DNA of 64,000 bases from an uncultured delta proteobacterium (GTDB lineage Bacteria > Desulfobacterota > Binatia > UBA9968): positions 160,001 to 224,000 of the forward strand of contig CAVYTU010000017.1 of assembly GCA_963771465.1 (NCBI GenBank). The letters run 5' to 3'. The notes beneath the pieces are model-generated. The model saw only the letters and a program-made list of their open reading frames with translations, ran no database searches and had not been told where the DNA came from. A program made the position numbers and the translations under genes. How positions within the stretch are numbered: position 1 is the first letter of the stretch; each line of letters opens with the position of its first letter. Positions 1 through 8,625 of this stretch are shown piece after piece.

Positions 1-1
1 G

Positions 2-103
2 GGTCTCAAAGATATCGCGCCGGTGGAAAGGGTTTTCGATTTTTCATTCGTCCGCAAATCCCACGCGGCGCTGCACGCGAAAGGTTGGCAGCCCGGATCG
101 TAA
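2..103 (+). CDS. C-terminal end of a probable ABC-type substrate-binding protein (5' truncated by window edge)
   Basis: Frame 2 reads GLKDIAPVERVFDFSFVRKSHAALHAKGWQPGS*, resembling the C-terminal helix of NMT1/SsuA-like SBPs. Confidence 0.55.
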   Translation, partial: GLKDIAPVERVFDFSFVRKSHAALHAKGWQPGS

Positions 104-113
104 CAGCTGTGAA

Positions 114-143
114 TTGACATTCGTAAAGGACTGGCACTAGAGT
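114..143 (+). promoter_or_regulatory. sigma70-type promoter candidate for the grdE/grdB-like pair
   Basis: TTGACA (114-119), 18 nt spacer, TAGAGT (138-143), just upstream of ATG 162. Confidence 0.5.
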
Positions 144-161
144 CGGTGTCGAGAAAAACTC

Positions 162-1436
162 ATGCAACTGTCACTGGCGATTCATCCCGTTACATCGATT
201 CAATTCGGCGCGCGCACGGGTTTGGTCGGAACGACGCTTTCGATCCAACAAGACGAGTTGCGTCGGCTCGTGCTTGAAGAGAGTTCATTCGCAGCCGTCG
301 ACTTCGAGCTCGCTCGACCGGGGGATAGTCTACGGGCGGGGCCGATATTTGACATCGTCGAGCCGCGCGCTAAGGCGCCGGGCGGAAGTCCCGATTGGCC
401 CGGCATTCTCGGCGAGCCGCATACTGCCGGCAGCGGTACGACCCATGTCCTTGAGGGCGCCGCAGTGGCCGTCGTGCGCGAAGACTCACCCGGCGAGTCG
501 CGCGGCGCTACTGGCTACGTCTTGGAAATGAGCGGCGCACCGGCGGCGAGCTCGCACTACGCGACGCTCTGTCACTTGATCATGGTGCCCCATAGCAAAG
601 CGGATGTGCCGGCGCATGCACGCCAAAGAGCTTATCGGCTGGCGCAATTGAAAATTGCCGTGCACCTGGCGCGCGCCGCGCTCAATGAAATTCCCGCGCG
701 CACGCTCAGTCTTGATACGGCGATCGCTGCCGACCGCGTCGGACTGCCGCGGATCGCTTACGTTGGCCAAATATTTTCCCGCCAAAGAAAACCGGTCCAG
801 GATGAGTCGATTCTTTACGGCGCCGATACCGACGGCATGCTGCCGACGGTGCTCCACCCCAACGAGTGGTTAGACGGCGCGCTGCTGCCGTCGTACCATT
901 GTTCGCTGGGCGGCGCGGAAACCTATTTTTATCAAAACCATCCGGTCATCACGACACTGTATCGGCGCCATCAGGCGGGCGAATTGAACTTTGCCGGCTC
1001 CGTGGCGACCATCGCGTCGGCGGATAATTCCGACCGCGATCGCAACACGCACTTGGCGGCCAATCTAGTCAAATGGGCGCTTGGCGCCGACGCAGCGGTG
1101 CTGACTAAATTCGGCGGTGGCGTGCCGCACACGGACCTTGCAGAAACTGCACGCTTGCTGGAAATTATGGGAGTAAAAACCGCGGTGCAGGTCACCGACC
1201 TGGCGCGCGATCATAGGATCGAGTCGGCGCTGCTGTTTAATTTCCCCGAAGTGAACGCGGTGGTCTGTGTCGGCGGTAACGACACGAAGTGGAATCTGCC
1301 GCAAGTCGAGCGCGTCATCGCCGCCGACAGCGGCATGGCGGAATTGCTCGCCGGTCCGTTTGAAATCGACTCGCTCAACGTCATCGGTGTGGCCAATCAG
1401 CAGGGCGCGTCGCGGTTGCGGTCGATGGTTTACTAA
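162..1436 (+). CDS. grdE: glycine/sarcosine/betaine reductase component B proprotein-like (GrdE/PrdA family)
   Basis: 424 aa; ARPGDSLR..IFDIVEPRAK, GSGTTHVLEGAAV, PTVLHPNEWLDGA, TYFYQNHPVI motifs; directly upstream of grdB-like gene. Confidence 0.8.
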   Translation: MQLSLAIHPVTSIQFGARTGLVGTTLSIQQDELRRLVLEESSFAAVDFELARPGDSLRAGPIFDIVEPRAKAPGGSPDWPGILGEPHTAGSGTTHVLEGAAVAVVREDSPGESRGATGYVLEMSGAPAASSHYATLCHLIMVPHSKADVPAHARQRAYRLAQLKIAVHLARAALNEIPARTLSLDTAIAADRVGLPRIAYVGQIFSRQRKPVQDESILYGADTDGMLPTVLHPNEWLDGALLPSYHCSLGGAETYFYQNHPVITTLYRRHQAGELNFAGSVATIASADNSDRDRNTHLAANLVKWALGADAAVLTKFGGGVPHTDLAETARLLEIMGVKTAVQVTDLARDHRIESALLFNFPEVNAVVCVGGNDTKWNLPQVERVIAADSGMAELLAGPFEIDSLNVIGVANQQGASRLRSMVY

Positions 1437-1439
1437 GTA

Positions 1440-1499
1440 AGGCAATAGGCAACAGTAAGATGGAGAAGGTTCTGCACTATTGTCTACTGCCTATTGCCT
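1440..1499. repeat. heptamer-based inverted repeat between grdE- and grdB-like genes
   Basis: AGGCAATAGGCA (1440-1451) and its reverse complement TGCCTATTGCCT (1488-1499). Confidence 0.75.
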
Positions 1500-1511
1500 A
1501 AGGAGTTCAGC

Positions 1512-2792
1512 ATGCGCATCGTTCATTATCTCAATCAGTTTTTTGCCGGACTCGGCGGGGAAGAACATGCTGGCACGCCGCTCGAAGTACATGACGGCGC
1601 CATCGGGCCGGGGAAATTGTTTCAGCAATTGCTTGGCGGCGACGCTCAGGTTGTCACGACGCTCGTCTGCGGTGATAACTATGCGGTGGAGAATCAGAAG
1701 ACGGTGGTTGCCGACGCGTTGAATAAAATTCGTGACGCGCAGGCTGAGCTGTTTGTCGCCGGGCCATGCTTTTTGGCTGGCCGCTATGGCATGGCCGCTG
1801 GCGCGCTGTGCGCCGCGGTGCAGGCAAAGCTTGGGATTCCTGTGGTTACCGGCATGGCGCAGGAAAATCCTGGTGTCGATCTCTACCGCGAGACTCTTTA
1901 TATCATCGACTCGGGCGACAACGCGGCCAAGATGCGCGATGTGCTCGTGCGCATGGCGGCGTTGGCGTTGAAACTGGCGCGCAAGGAAGCGATCGGCCGG
2001 CCCAAAGATGAGGGTTATATCGCGCGCGGCTTGATTCGCGATCAGTTGGTTACAGCGACAGCGGGGGAACGGCTGGTCGATATGGTTTTGGCGAAAGTGA
2101 CAGGCGAGCCATTCGAATCCGAAATGATGGCGACGGCGTTTGCGCCAATCCCGATGCCGCCGGGGGTAAAAGATCTCCGCAAAGCGAGAGTGATGCTGAT
2201 TACGGACGGCGGCTTGGTGCCGAAGGGCAACCCGGACAAAATTCAGGGCTCGGCGGCGACGCGATGGGGGTCGTATAGCATCAAAGACTGCACAGATCTC
2301 GATGGCTCGGATTACGAAATTTCGCACGGCGGCTACGACGCGCAGTTCGTTCGGCAAGATCCCGACCGGCTGGTGCCGTTGGACGTGATGCGCGACCTGG
2401 AGAAAGAAGGCGCCATCGGCGAGTTGCACGATGAATTTCTCTCGACTTCCGGTTTGGCCAATCCGCTCTCCAATACCCGGCGCATGGGGCGCGAGATGGC
2501 CGAGAAAGCCAAACGGCTGGGCATCGACGCGATCATACTTACGTCTACGTGAGGCACGAGTACTCGCAGCGGCGCTGCGATTACAACCGAACTGGAAAAA
2601 GCCGGCATCCCCACCGTGCAAATCACCGCAGCGTTGCCGGTCGCGAAAATGGTCGGCGCCAACCGAATCGTACTCGGTAACGGTATCGTCCACGTCGTCG
2701 GCGACGCCAAAATGCCGGCGGAGAAGGAAAAACAGGTGCGCCGCCGGCTTATCGAGCAGGCGTTGGCTACACTGCGCGGCGATGGCAATTAA
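1512..2792 (+). CDS. grdB: glycine/sarcosine/betaine reductase selenoprotein B-like, Sec at TGA 2550-2552
   Basis: SD AGGAG at 1501; MRIVHYLNQFFAG, CGDNY, HGGYD, DPDRLVPLD; ILTST-TGA-GTSTRSGAAITTELEKAGIPTVQIT...GANRIV continues in frame to TAA 2790-2792 and matches the GrdB C-terminus. Confidence 0.9.
2564..2580 (+). promoter_or_regulatory. bacterial SECIS-like hairpin
   Basis: TCGCAGC-GGC-GCTGCGA, 17 nt stem-loop with a G-containing loop, starting 11 nt after the TGA. Confidence 0.75.
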
Positions 2793-2973
2793 GCAGCCAC
2801 GTGCCGCCTACCGCAGGCATGCAAATCTAGCGCAGAAAGTTGTCGGGTCTCGCTTACGTAAGAGCGGCTTCCTTGTTAGGATATCGTCATGAAAAAACCG
2901 CCATTTGCGCTGCAGCTAAAGTAGCGGCGTGATCATCGTAAAAAGCTGAATTGACTCATTGAGTCTCACGACC

Positions 2974-3135
2974 ATGAAACGGCGCCTGATCGGTCCAACC
3001 GTCATCCCATCGATGCTCACCGGATTGGTGGCGGATTCTTTGTACTTCGATGATTCGCCGCAGAGCGATGTGAATGTTCTGGCGAAAAGCGTATTAGTTT
3101 TTGGCGCGGTTTTTACCCTGCCCTCGACCCAATGA
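2974..3135 (+). CDS. putative 53-aa small ORF
   Basis: MKRRLIGPTVIPSMLTGLVADSLYFDDSPQSDVNVLAKSVLVFGAVFTLPSTQ*; stop overlaps next start as ATGA; no clear SD. Confidence 0.25.
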   Translation: MKRRLIGPTVIPSMLTGLVADSLYFDDSPQSDVNVLAKSVLVFGAVFTLPSTQ

Positions 3136-4118
3136 ACCTAGCCTGGCTTGACGAATATCTCCTGCCGATAACCATGATCGTGTTGGTGTTCGCGCTGTTG
3201 TGGTTAGCGATTACCCGTGCGAAGGAGGCCAAGCGGGAAGCTACCCAGGATGCCGAAACGTCGACGCCATCGGCAGCGCAGTCACAGTTGTCGGATATTC
3301 GTCAGGGCGTCGAGTTGGTCGCCGACGCCGAGCCCGCAACCGTGCCATCTCGACGCTATCCCCTGATCCGCCAGCTGACCTTCGGCTTTGGCGCCGTCGC
3401 GATTGTTTTTGGTTTCGCTACCTGCGTGATCGTGTTTGGTTCTATTTCTCGGGTCTACGAAAAGGAACTCACCAGCCGCACCCAGATCATTACTATCGGC
3501 TTGAGTGATCTCGTGACGCGCCGACTGGCGACCAAGTCGGTACAGGGGCTTGCCAACGACGTGGAAAAATATGCGGCGATGAAAGCGGTGGCCTATGTTT
3601 ACGTGGAAAACGCCAAGGGCGCGATCATAGCTAACGCGCCGGAAGAATTGCCAAGATATCTAATTCGAGACTTTCCAAGGTCAGCGGAGCGGGCGCTCGG
3701 CGGCGTCAATATGCGCTATCGCGGTGCGGACGTATACGAAGTTGCCAATCGAATCGGCGGCGTCAATACGGGCTTCGTTCACTTGGGGATTTGGCGCGAC
3801 GCGATCGCCGCGGAGGCGCGCATGGCGCTCTTGCCGATGGTGGCAGGGATCGTCGTGCTGATCCTCGGCATCACCGCCATGTTTATCGTCATCGCGCGGC
3901 GCTTGAACCGTCCCCTGCTCGACCTGGTCGTTCAAGCCGATCGTATCAGCCGCGGCGATTTCACCGTCACCCTGAGCTCAAAGCGTAGCGACGAGATCGG
4001 CGACATCGCGCGCTCCATCGAGCGGCTGCGGGCTAGCTTGTTCGCGGTCGTGCGCCGGTTGGATCAAGCCAACTCAACCGAACAGACGGATAAACTTCCG
4101 GCTCGTGGCGACCGTTGA
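3132..4118 (+). CDS. membrane protein with extracytoplasmic sensor region and C-terminal HAMP domain, no output domain
   Basis: 3 hydrophobic segments; RPLLDLVVQADRISRGDF...SDEIGDIARSIERLRASL near C-terminus. Confidence 0.8.
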   Translation: MNLAWLDEYLLPITMIVLVFALLWLAITRAKEAKREATQDAETSTPSAAQSQLSDIRQGVELVADAEPATVPSRRYPLIRQLTFGFGAVAIVFGFATCVIVFGSISRVYEKELTSRTQIITIGLSDLVTRRLATKSVQGLANDVEKYAAMKAVAYVYVENAKGAIIANAPEELPRYLIRDFPRSAERALGGVNMRYRGADVYEVANRIGGVNTGFVHLGIWRDAIAAEARMALLPMVAGIVVLILGITAMFIVIARRLNRPLLDLVVQADRISRGDFTVTLSSKRSDEIGDIARSIERLRASLFAVVRRLDQANSTEQTDKLPARGDR

Positions 4119-4162
4119 AATTAACCCTCGGTTTTGGCAAAGAGTAACCCGGAATCAAACTC

Positions 4163-5392
4163 ATGAAAAAGCGCATTGCCGCAGTATTTCTTGCGATAAC
4201 ACTCACGGGCGCCCTGCTCGGGTGTGTGCTTTATTACGCGGCCAACTATGAGCAGGGAGCGATGACGCTGGCGGAGCTGAGCGCCGGCAGCCCTTCGGCG
4301 CCCGACGCGAATCCAAATCTCGCCTTTCTTTCGCAGCCGATTCAAAAAGTCGGCGCCTGGCTCAGCGAACTAGAAGCCGAAGTGATTATCTATAGCGTGG
4401 TCGGTTTTGTCGCGCTGTTAATTATCCTGCGGCTGCTATTGGCGGTGCTGCGGGCAATCAAAGATGAAATATCGTTTCGTGCCCAGGAGCGTAATAGCTA
4501 TCGATTTGCGGCTATGCCAGCCGATACGTTCACGTCGAGGCAAACACCGTTAATGCGCATACTGCCTAAAGACACCGTCCCCAGCGCTGAAGCCGAGACG
4601 CGAGTCTACGAGGCACGGTTCGCTGACACCATGCGTCATGGCGTAGACGCTTTGTGGTGGTATCTGCGCGAGCATGGGAAAGGCTTGAGCGGCAGGTTGA
4701 TTTTGACCTTTACCGGAGTGGTTACCCTGTTTGGCATAATTACCGCGGCGTTGGTCTACCATACCCTGACGCAATCCCTAACCGGCCACGCGATCCAACG
4801 CGCCAGGATCATTGCCCTGAACGTCAGCGACAGCGCGCCGGCCTATCTGATGAAGCAAGACGCGGATACGCTGCGCGAGCTGCTGCGCAAACAAGTCAGC
4901 AACCCGCCAATGGCGTATGTCCTAGTTGAAAGGCGCTCGGGAGAGATTTTCGCGCACAGCTTCGCCGCGTTGCCCGACGAGGTGCAAAACCAGAGCGCCG
5001 CCAGCGGCGCTGCCATTGCGGCGCAGCGCACCTTGCGTGTCGGTCAAGGCATGGTCTACGAAGTCTCGGTGCCTATCCTCGATGGCCAGCGCGGCGCGGT
5101 GCGCGTCGGTATTTGGCAGGATGATGTCGATACCGCGATCAGCGAAACCATCGCGCCCCTGATCAAGTGGCTGGTACTGATCGTTATCGGCGGCGCTTTG
5201 ACAGCGCTATTCCTGGCGTGGAACATCAGCCGGCCCATCGTCCGATTGGTGCAACTCGCGCGACGCATCAGTCGTGGTGACCTCGATGCGCCGTCGCTCG
5301 GCATGGAGGACAAGACCGAGTTCGGCGAGCTGTCGCGCGCTCTGGAGCGCATGCGCTCGAGCGTCAAAGCCGCTGTGATACGCTTGGGTTGA
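4163..5392 (+). CDS. membrane protein with C-terminal HAMP domain, paralog of the upstream gene
   Basis: RPIVRLVQLARRISRGDLD...EFGELSRALERMRSSV then stop; shares AYV.VE...G.I.A and YEV......G.V..GIW.D blocks with 3132-4118. Confidence 0.8.
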   Translation: MKKRIAAVFLAITLTGALLGCVLYYAANYEQGAMTLAELSAGSPSAPDANPNLAFLSQPIQKVGAWLSELEAEVIIYSVVGFVALLIILRLLLAVLRAIKDEISFRAQERNSYRFAAMPADTFTSRQTPLMRILPKDTVPSAEAETRVYEARFADTMRHGVDALWWYLREHGKGLSGRLILTFTGVVTLFGIITAALVYHTLTQSLTGHAIQRARIIALNVSDSAPAYLMKQDADTLRELLRKQVSNPPMAYVLVERRSGEIFAHSFAALPDEVQNQSAASGAAIAAQRTLRVGQGMVYEVSVPILDGQRGAVRVGIWQDDVDTAISETIAPLIKWLVLIVIGGALTALFLAWNISRPIVRLVQLARRISRGDLDAPSLGMEDKTEFGELSRALERMRSSVKAAVIRLG

Positions 5393-5415
5393 GAACTATT
5401 GGCTTTTTTTCAACG

Positions 5416-5690
5416 CTACTTTCCGCTGTAGAGTTCTGTCACGAAGCCGCTGCTTTCTAGTTCCTGCAGAAATCGATTGTCGTAGAAATCTTTCGGGTTC
5501 GCCGCCGGTGCCTTGGCGTGGTCGGTCACTGACAACGCGGCGCGGATCGCTTCGTCGGTGACGTAGGGAACTTTGGGAAACAGCGGCGCAAAGCTCTTGT
5601 AGGCTTCGTCGATGATCTCCTGATCCTTCGAGGCGAGATATTTGCCGATCGCCCGCTTCGAGATCTCCGGCTGTTCGAGGAAAACCGTAG
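5416..5690 (-). pseudogene. C-terminal remnant (~90 aa) of an NMT1/SsuA-like substrate-binding protein
   Basis: Reads TVFLEQPEISKRAIGKYLASKDQEIIDEAYKSFAPLFPKVPYVTDEAIRAAL...NPKDFYDNRFLQELESSGFVTELYSGK*; no start, in-frame stop upstream. Confidence 0.7.
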
Positions 5691-5802
5691 GCCGGTGACC
5701 ATCGAAAATCGCAGCCCGACAAAAGTCTCTCGGTGAAGCGCCGCTCTTGTGTCCTGGGGAGCGTCTTCATCACCGGCTCTCGGGTAGTTTGCTGCGAGGT
5801 TT

Positions 5803-6651
5803 TTACTTAAAAGGTTTGGTAGCGCGAAAGCCTAGGTCGCGATACCAGTCCCGCACCTCGGCGAAGCCGTCGACGCGGGTAAAGTAATCGTCTTGGCCGC
5901 CGCTGTTTTTTAATTCCACGAGCATGGTGCGTGCCGCCGCCAGCGCGGCCATCGAGACGCTCGAAGTTACCAACGCTACTTTGAAGCCGAGGGCGAAAAA
6001 TTCCGCCAGCGTGTTGATACCGGCCCGTGGCCATGGATTCATCAGCGGCACCGCGACGTTGGCGCCGAACCATCGGTGCTCCTCGGCGTCACTCAGATGA
6101 ACGCCGATGGCGTCGATGCCGGCGCTGACATAGGCGTCGATACGCTCGAGCACTTGCTCACGGGATTCGGCGGCGCGGGCGTCGCAGCGCACGGCGAGAA
6201 TCATCGCCGCGTCGGAGCGCGCATCGGCCATCGCTTTGATCTTGTCGACCATCTCGGCAACGGTGACGGTCGGCCGCTCGGCGTCGATGCCGTTCTGGCC
6301 GAACATACTATCTTCAAAGCGGATACCGGCGACGCCGGCGCGTTCGAAGGCGCGCACAGCGCGCGCGGTTTGCAGCGGTCCGCCGTAACCGGTCTCGCCA
6401 TCGACGAGCATTGGGATGGTGAGAACTTCCGCGATGGAGGTCGCTCGTTCGGCCATCTCTGTCATTGTCACCATGCTGCAATCAGGCAGCACGCGGCTGC
6501 GATGCATGCCGTTGCCGGCGAGGTGAAAAAGCCGGTAGCCGCAATCTTCGACTAAGCGCGCGAACATGGGGTCGGGCGCGCTTGGGGCGATGATCCCGTC
6601 CGACGCTTTGAGGAGTTCCCGGAACTGCAGCCGTTTGTTGTGATCGTTCAT
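5803..6651 (-). CDS. isocitrate lyase/PEP mutase superfamily enzyme (oxaloacetate decarboxylase-like?)
   Basis: LVDGETGYGG, AGIRFED, LAVRCDA motifs; lacks the K(K/R)CGH loop of ICL/PrpB. Confidence 0.8.
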   Translation of the reverse strand: MNDHNKRLQFRELLKASDGIIAPSAPDPMFARLVEDCGYRLFHLAGNGMHRSRVLPDCSMVTMTEMAERATSIAEVLTIPMLVDGETGYGGPLQTARAVRAFERAGVAGIRFEDSMFGQNGIDAERPTVTVAEMVDKIKAMADARSDAAMILAVRCDARAAESREQVLERIDAYVSAGIDAIGVHLSDAEEHRWFGANVAVPLMNPWPRAGINTLAEFFALGFKVALVTSSVSMAALAAARTMLVELKNSGGQDDYFTRVDGFAEVRDWYRDLGFRATKPFK

Positions 6652-6655
6652 TGGG

Positions 6656-7603
6656 CTAGTTTCCTACCGGCGCGAACAGTTCGCTCAGCGCCGGCCGATT
6701 GGGGATGTAACCTTGCTCGTTGGCGTACTGGACGAACTTCTCCAGCACGACGCGATTTTCCGGCGTGAGGCCGTGACCCCAAGGATTTGCTCCGAATAGT
6801 TCTTCCTCTTCCTCCAAGATCAACACTGCCGAAGGAAATGCCGAGCGCTTGGCGTAGTCGTAGGATTTGCGGCAAAGCGATTCGGCTTGAGTGAATGCTT
6901 CAAGCAGGCTCGAGACGAGCCAGGGATTCTTCTCGAATAACGATTGCCTGACGACCAGCGTATGAGTGATCGGAAAAATTCGGGTCGTGCGGAAATAGTC
7001 GTTGACTGTGCGCCGCGCATCTTGGAAGAGACGGCGAATGCGCGGATCTTTATTGCGAAACGACGGCACGATGTTGGGTGGGATCAACGCGTCGATTTCA
7101 CCGCGCAGCAACAGCGCTTCGGTCGGCTCGTCGACTACGCTAATCTTTATTCCAGCCGGCGGCTGATAGCCGGCCCGTTCGGGTGCCGAAGTAAACCACT
7201 CGCAGTCCTGCGGCCGCACGCCGTAGTATTCTTGCAAGATTCCTCTCGCCCACAGGCCGACGGTCAGTCGATATTCGTCCATGCCGATTTTTTTGCCCTT
7301 CAAGTCTGCCGCACGTTCGATTGCCGATGATGTCGAGCAGAAGATGTAGGGATGAATTTGCATTCTCAGTGGAAAGATCGGCAGCGCGACCACGGGCTCG
7401 TTGCGTGAGCGCGCCATCATGTACCAGGAGAGCGACATCTCGGCGATGTCGAATTCTTCGTACACCGGCCGCATACAGGCTTCGCCGCTCTCAGCCCGGC
7501 GCGGTTGCAGATTGATTCCTTTTGCCGGCACTTCGCCGGCAAGCAAAGGCCGGGTGCGGTGATAGTCGGCGAGCATGATCGTCAGGTCGAGGGATTGAGA
7601 CAT
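6656..7603 (-). CDS. 4,5-dihydroxyphthalate decarboxylase-like protein (PBP fold), paralog 1
   Basis: DYHRTRPLLAGEV, FDIAEMSLS, ALPIFPLR, WARGILQEYYGV, FPITHTLVVR, PWGHGL; start MSQSL; no signal peptide. Confidence 0.8.
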   Translation of the reverse strand: MSQSLDLTIMLADYHRTRPLLAGEVPAKGINLQPRRAESGEACMRPVYEEFDIAEMSLSWYMMARSRNEPVVALPIFPLRMQIHPYIFCSTSSAIERAADLKGKKIGMDEYRLTVGLWARGILQEYYGVRPQDCEWFTSAPERAGYQPPAGIKISVVDEPTEALLLRGEIDALIPPNIVPSFRNKDPRIRRLFQDARRTVNDYFRTTRIFPITHTLVVRQSLFEKNPWLVSSLLEAFTQAESLCRKSYDYAKRSAFPSAVLILEEEEELFGANPWGHGLTPENRVVLEKFVQYANEQGYIPNRPALSELFAPVGN

Positions 7604-7622
7604 ACGGGCTCCTTCTAATGAT

Positions 7623-8603
7623 TCAACGGCTCTGGCCTGTGGCTTTGGCAAGGAATTGCCGGGTAAAAAATTTGTCCGGGCCGCCGAATTTTTTTGCTTC
7701 CGCCTCGATCCGCGTCGCGGTGATGAGCGAGTCGATATCATCCCGGGTGATTGAGATCGAGTAAAGCGTGGCGAATTGGTTGATCACCTGGCGCACTGTA
7801 GCCGGATCGCCGAATTTGTTTTTCTTGATGACGGCGGCGGCGACTTTCTCCTGATTGCCGCCGAGAAAATCCAGTCCGCGCTTGAGCGCCCGCAGCATGG
7901 CGACGATGCCCTCTGGATCGGTTTCGATCTTTTGTTTGCTGGTAACGATGACGACGAAGGGAAATCCCGGCATGACACTGCCGATATCGAAGAGCGATGA
8001 AAAACCTTTTCGTTCGAGCTCCAGTCGTTCCAAAAAGGAAAATGGCGAGGCCTGAATCTTGCCGGTCTCCAAAGCCTGGGCGCGGGCCGGACTGTTACCG
8101 ACGCCATAGAGAATTTTATAGTCGCGGTCGCGCACCAAGCCCTTCTTGGCCAAGCCTTCCACGGCGGCGAATTCGGCGACCCCGCCGGGACCGGTGACGC
8201 CGACGACTTTGCCTTTCAAATCATTGATGCCGGTGATTCCCTTGGCGCCGATCAACGTGTAGTCCATGTAAGGCTGCATGCCGCTGATGATTTGCATCGG
8301 CGCGTTTTGCACGATGGCCCGCACCGCGGCGACTCCAGCCACAAGTGTGTACTCCACGCCGCCGCCGACCAGCGCGGCCATCGCCGTGGGACCGCCGCGA
8401 ATCAAAACGGTTTTAACGTCCAACCCTTCGGCGGCGAAGAAGCCAAAATCCTGAGCCACAACCAGCGGCAATGTGCCGCTCAACGTAGGAGTGTTGGAGG
8501 CGAAGTTGACGGTTTTAGCGGCGGCGAAGGCGGCGCCGGCAAAACCGACGATGCTCAATGCCAGCAGTATAGCGAGACCCATTCGCCTTTGGGTAAAATT
8601 CAT
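7623..8603 (-). CDS. ABC transporter substrate-binding protein, NMT1/SsuA/THI5 family
   Basis: Signal peptide (LAILLALSIVGFAGAAFA), GFFAAEGLDV, ALVGGGVE, DLKGKVVGV. Confidence 0.85.
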   Translation of the reverse strand: MNFTQRRMGLAILLALSIVGFAGAAFAAAKTVNFASNTPTLSGTLPLVVAQDFGFFAAEGLDVKTVLIRGGPTAMAALVGGGVEYTLVAGVAAVRAIVQNAPMQIISGMQPYMDYTLIGAKGITGINDLKGKVVGVTGPGGVAEFAAVEGLAKKGLVRDRDYKILYGVGNSPARAQALETGKIQASPFSFLERLELERKGFSSLFDIGSVMPGFPFVVIVTSKQKIETDPEGIVAMLRALKRGLDFLGGNQEKVAAAVIKKNKFGDPATVRQVINQFATLYSISITRDDIDSLITATRIEAEAKKFGGPDKFFTRQFLAKATGQSR

Positions 8604-8625
8604 GGTTCCGACGCTCACTGCCTTG

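Noticed and set aside
2550-2552. TGA as a true stop or nonsense mutation
   Set aside because: It falls at the conserved Sec position, with in-frame homology and a SECIS-like hairpin downstream
1491-2693. 400-aa minus-strand ORF
   Set aside because: Antisense shadow of the grdB-like gene with no recognisable motifs
5396-5773. 125-aa ORF from the track
   Set aside because: Wrong frame; the protein-like signal is the SBP tail in another frame
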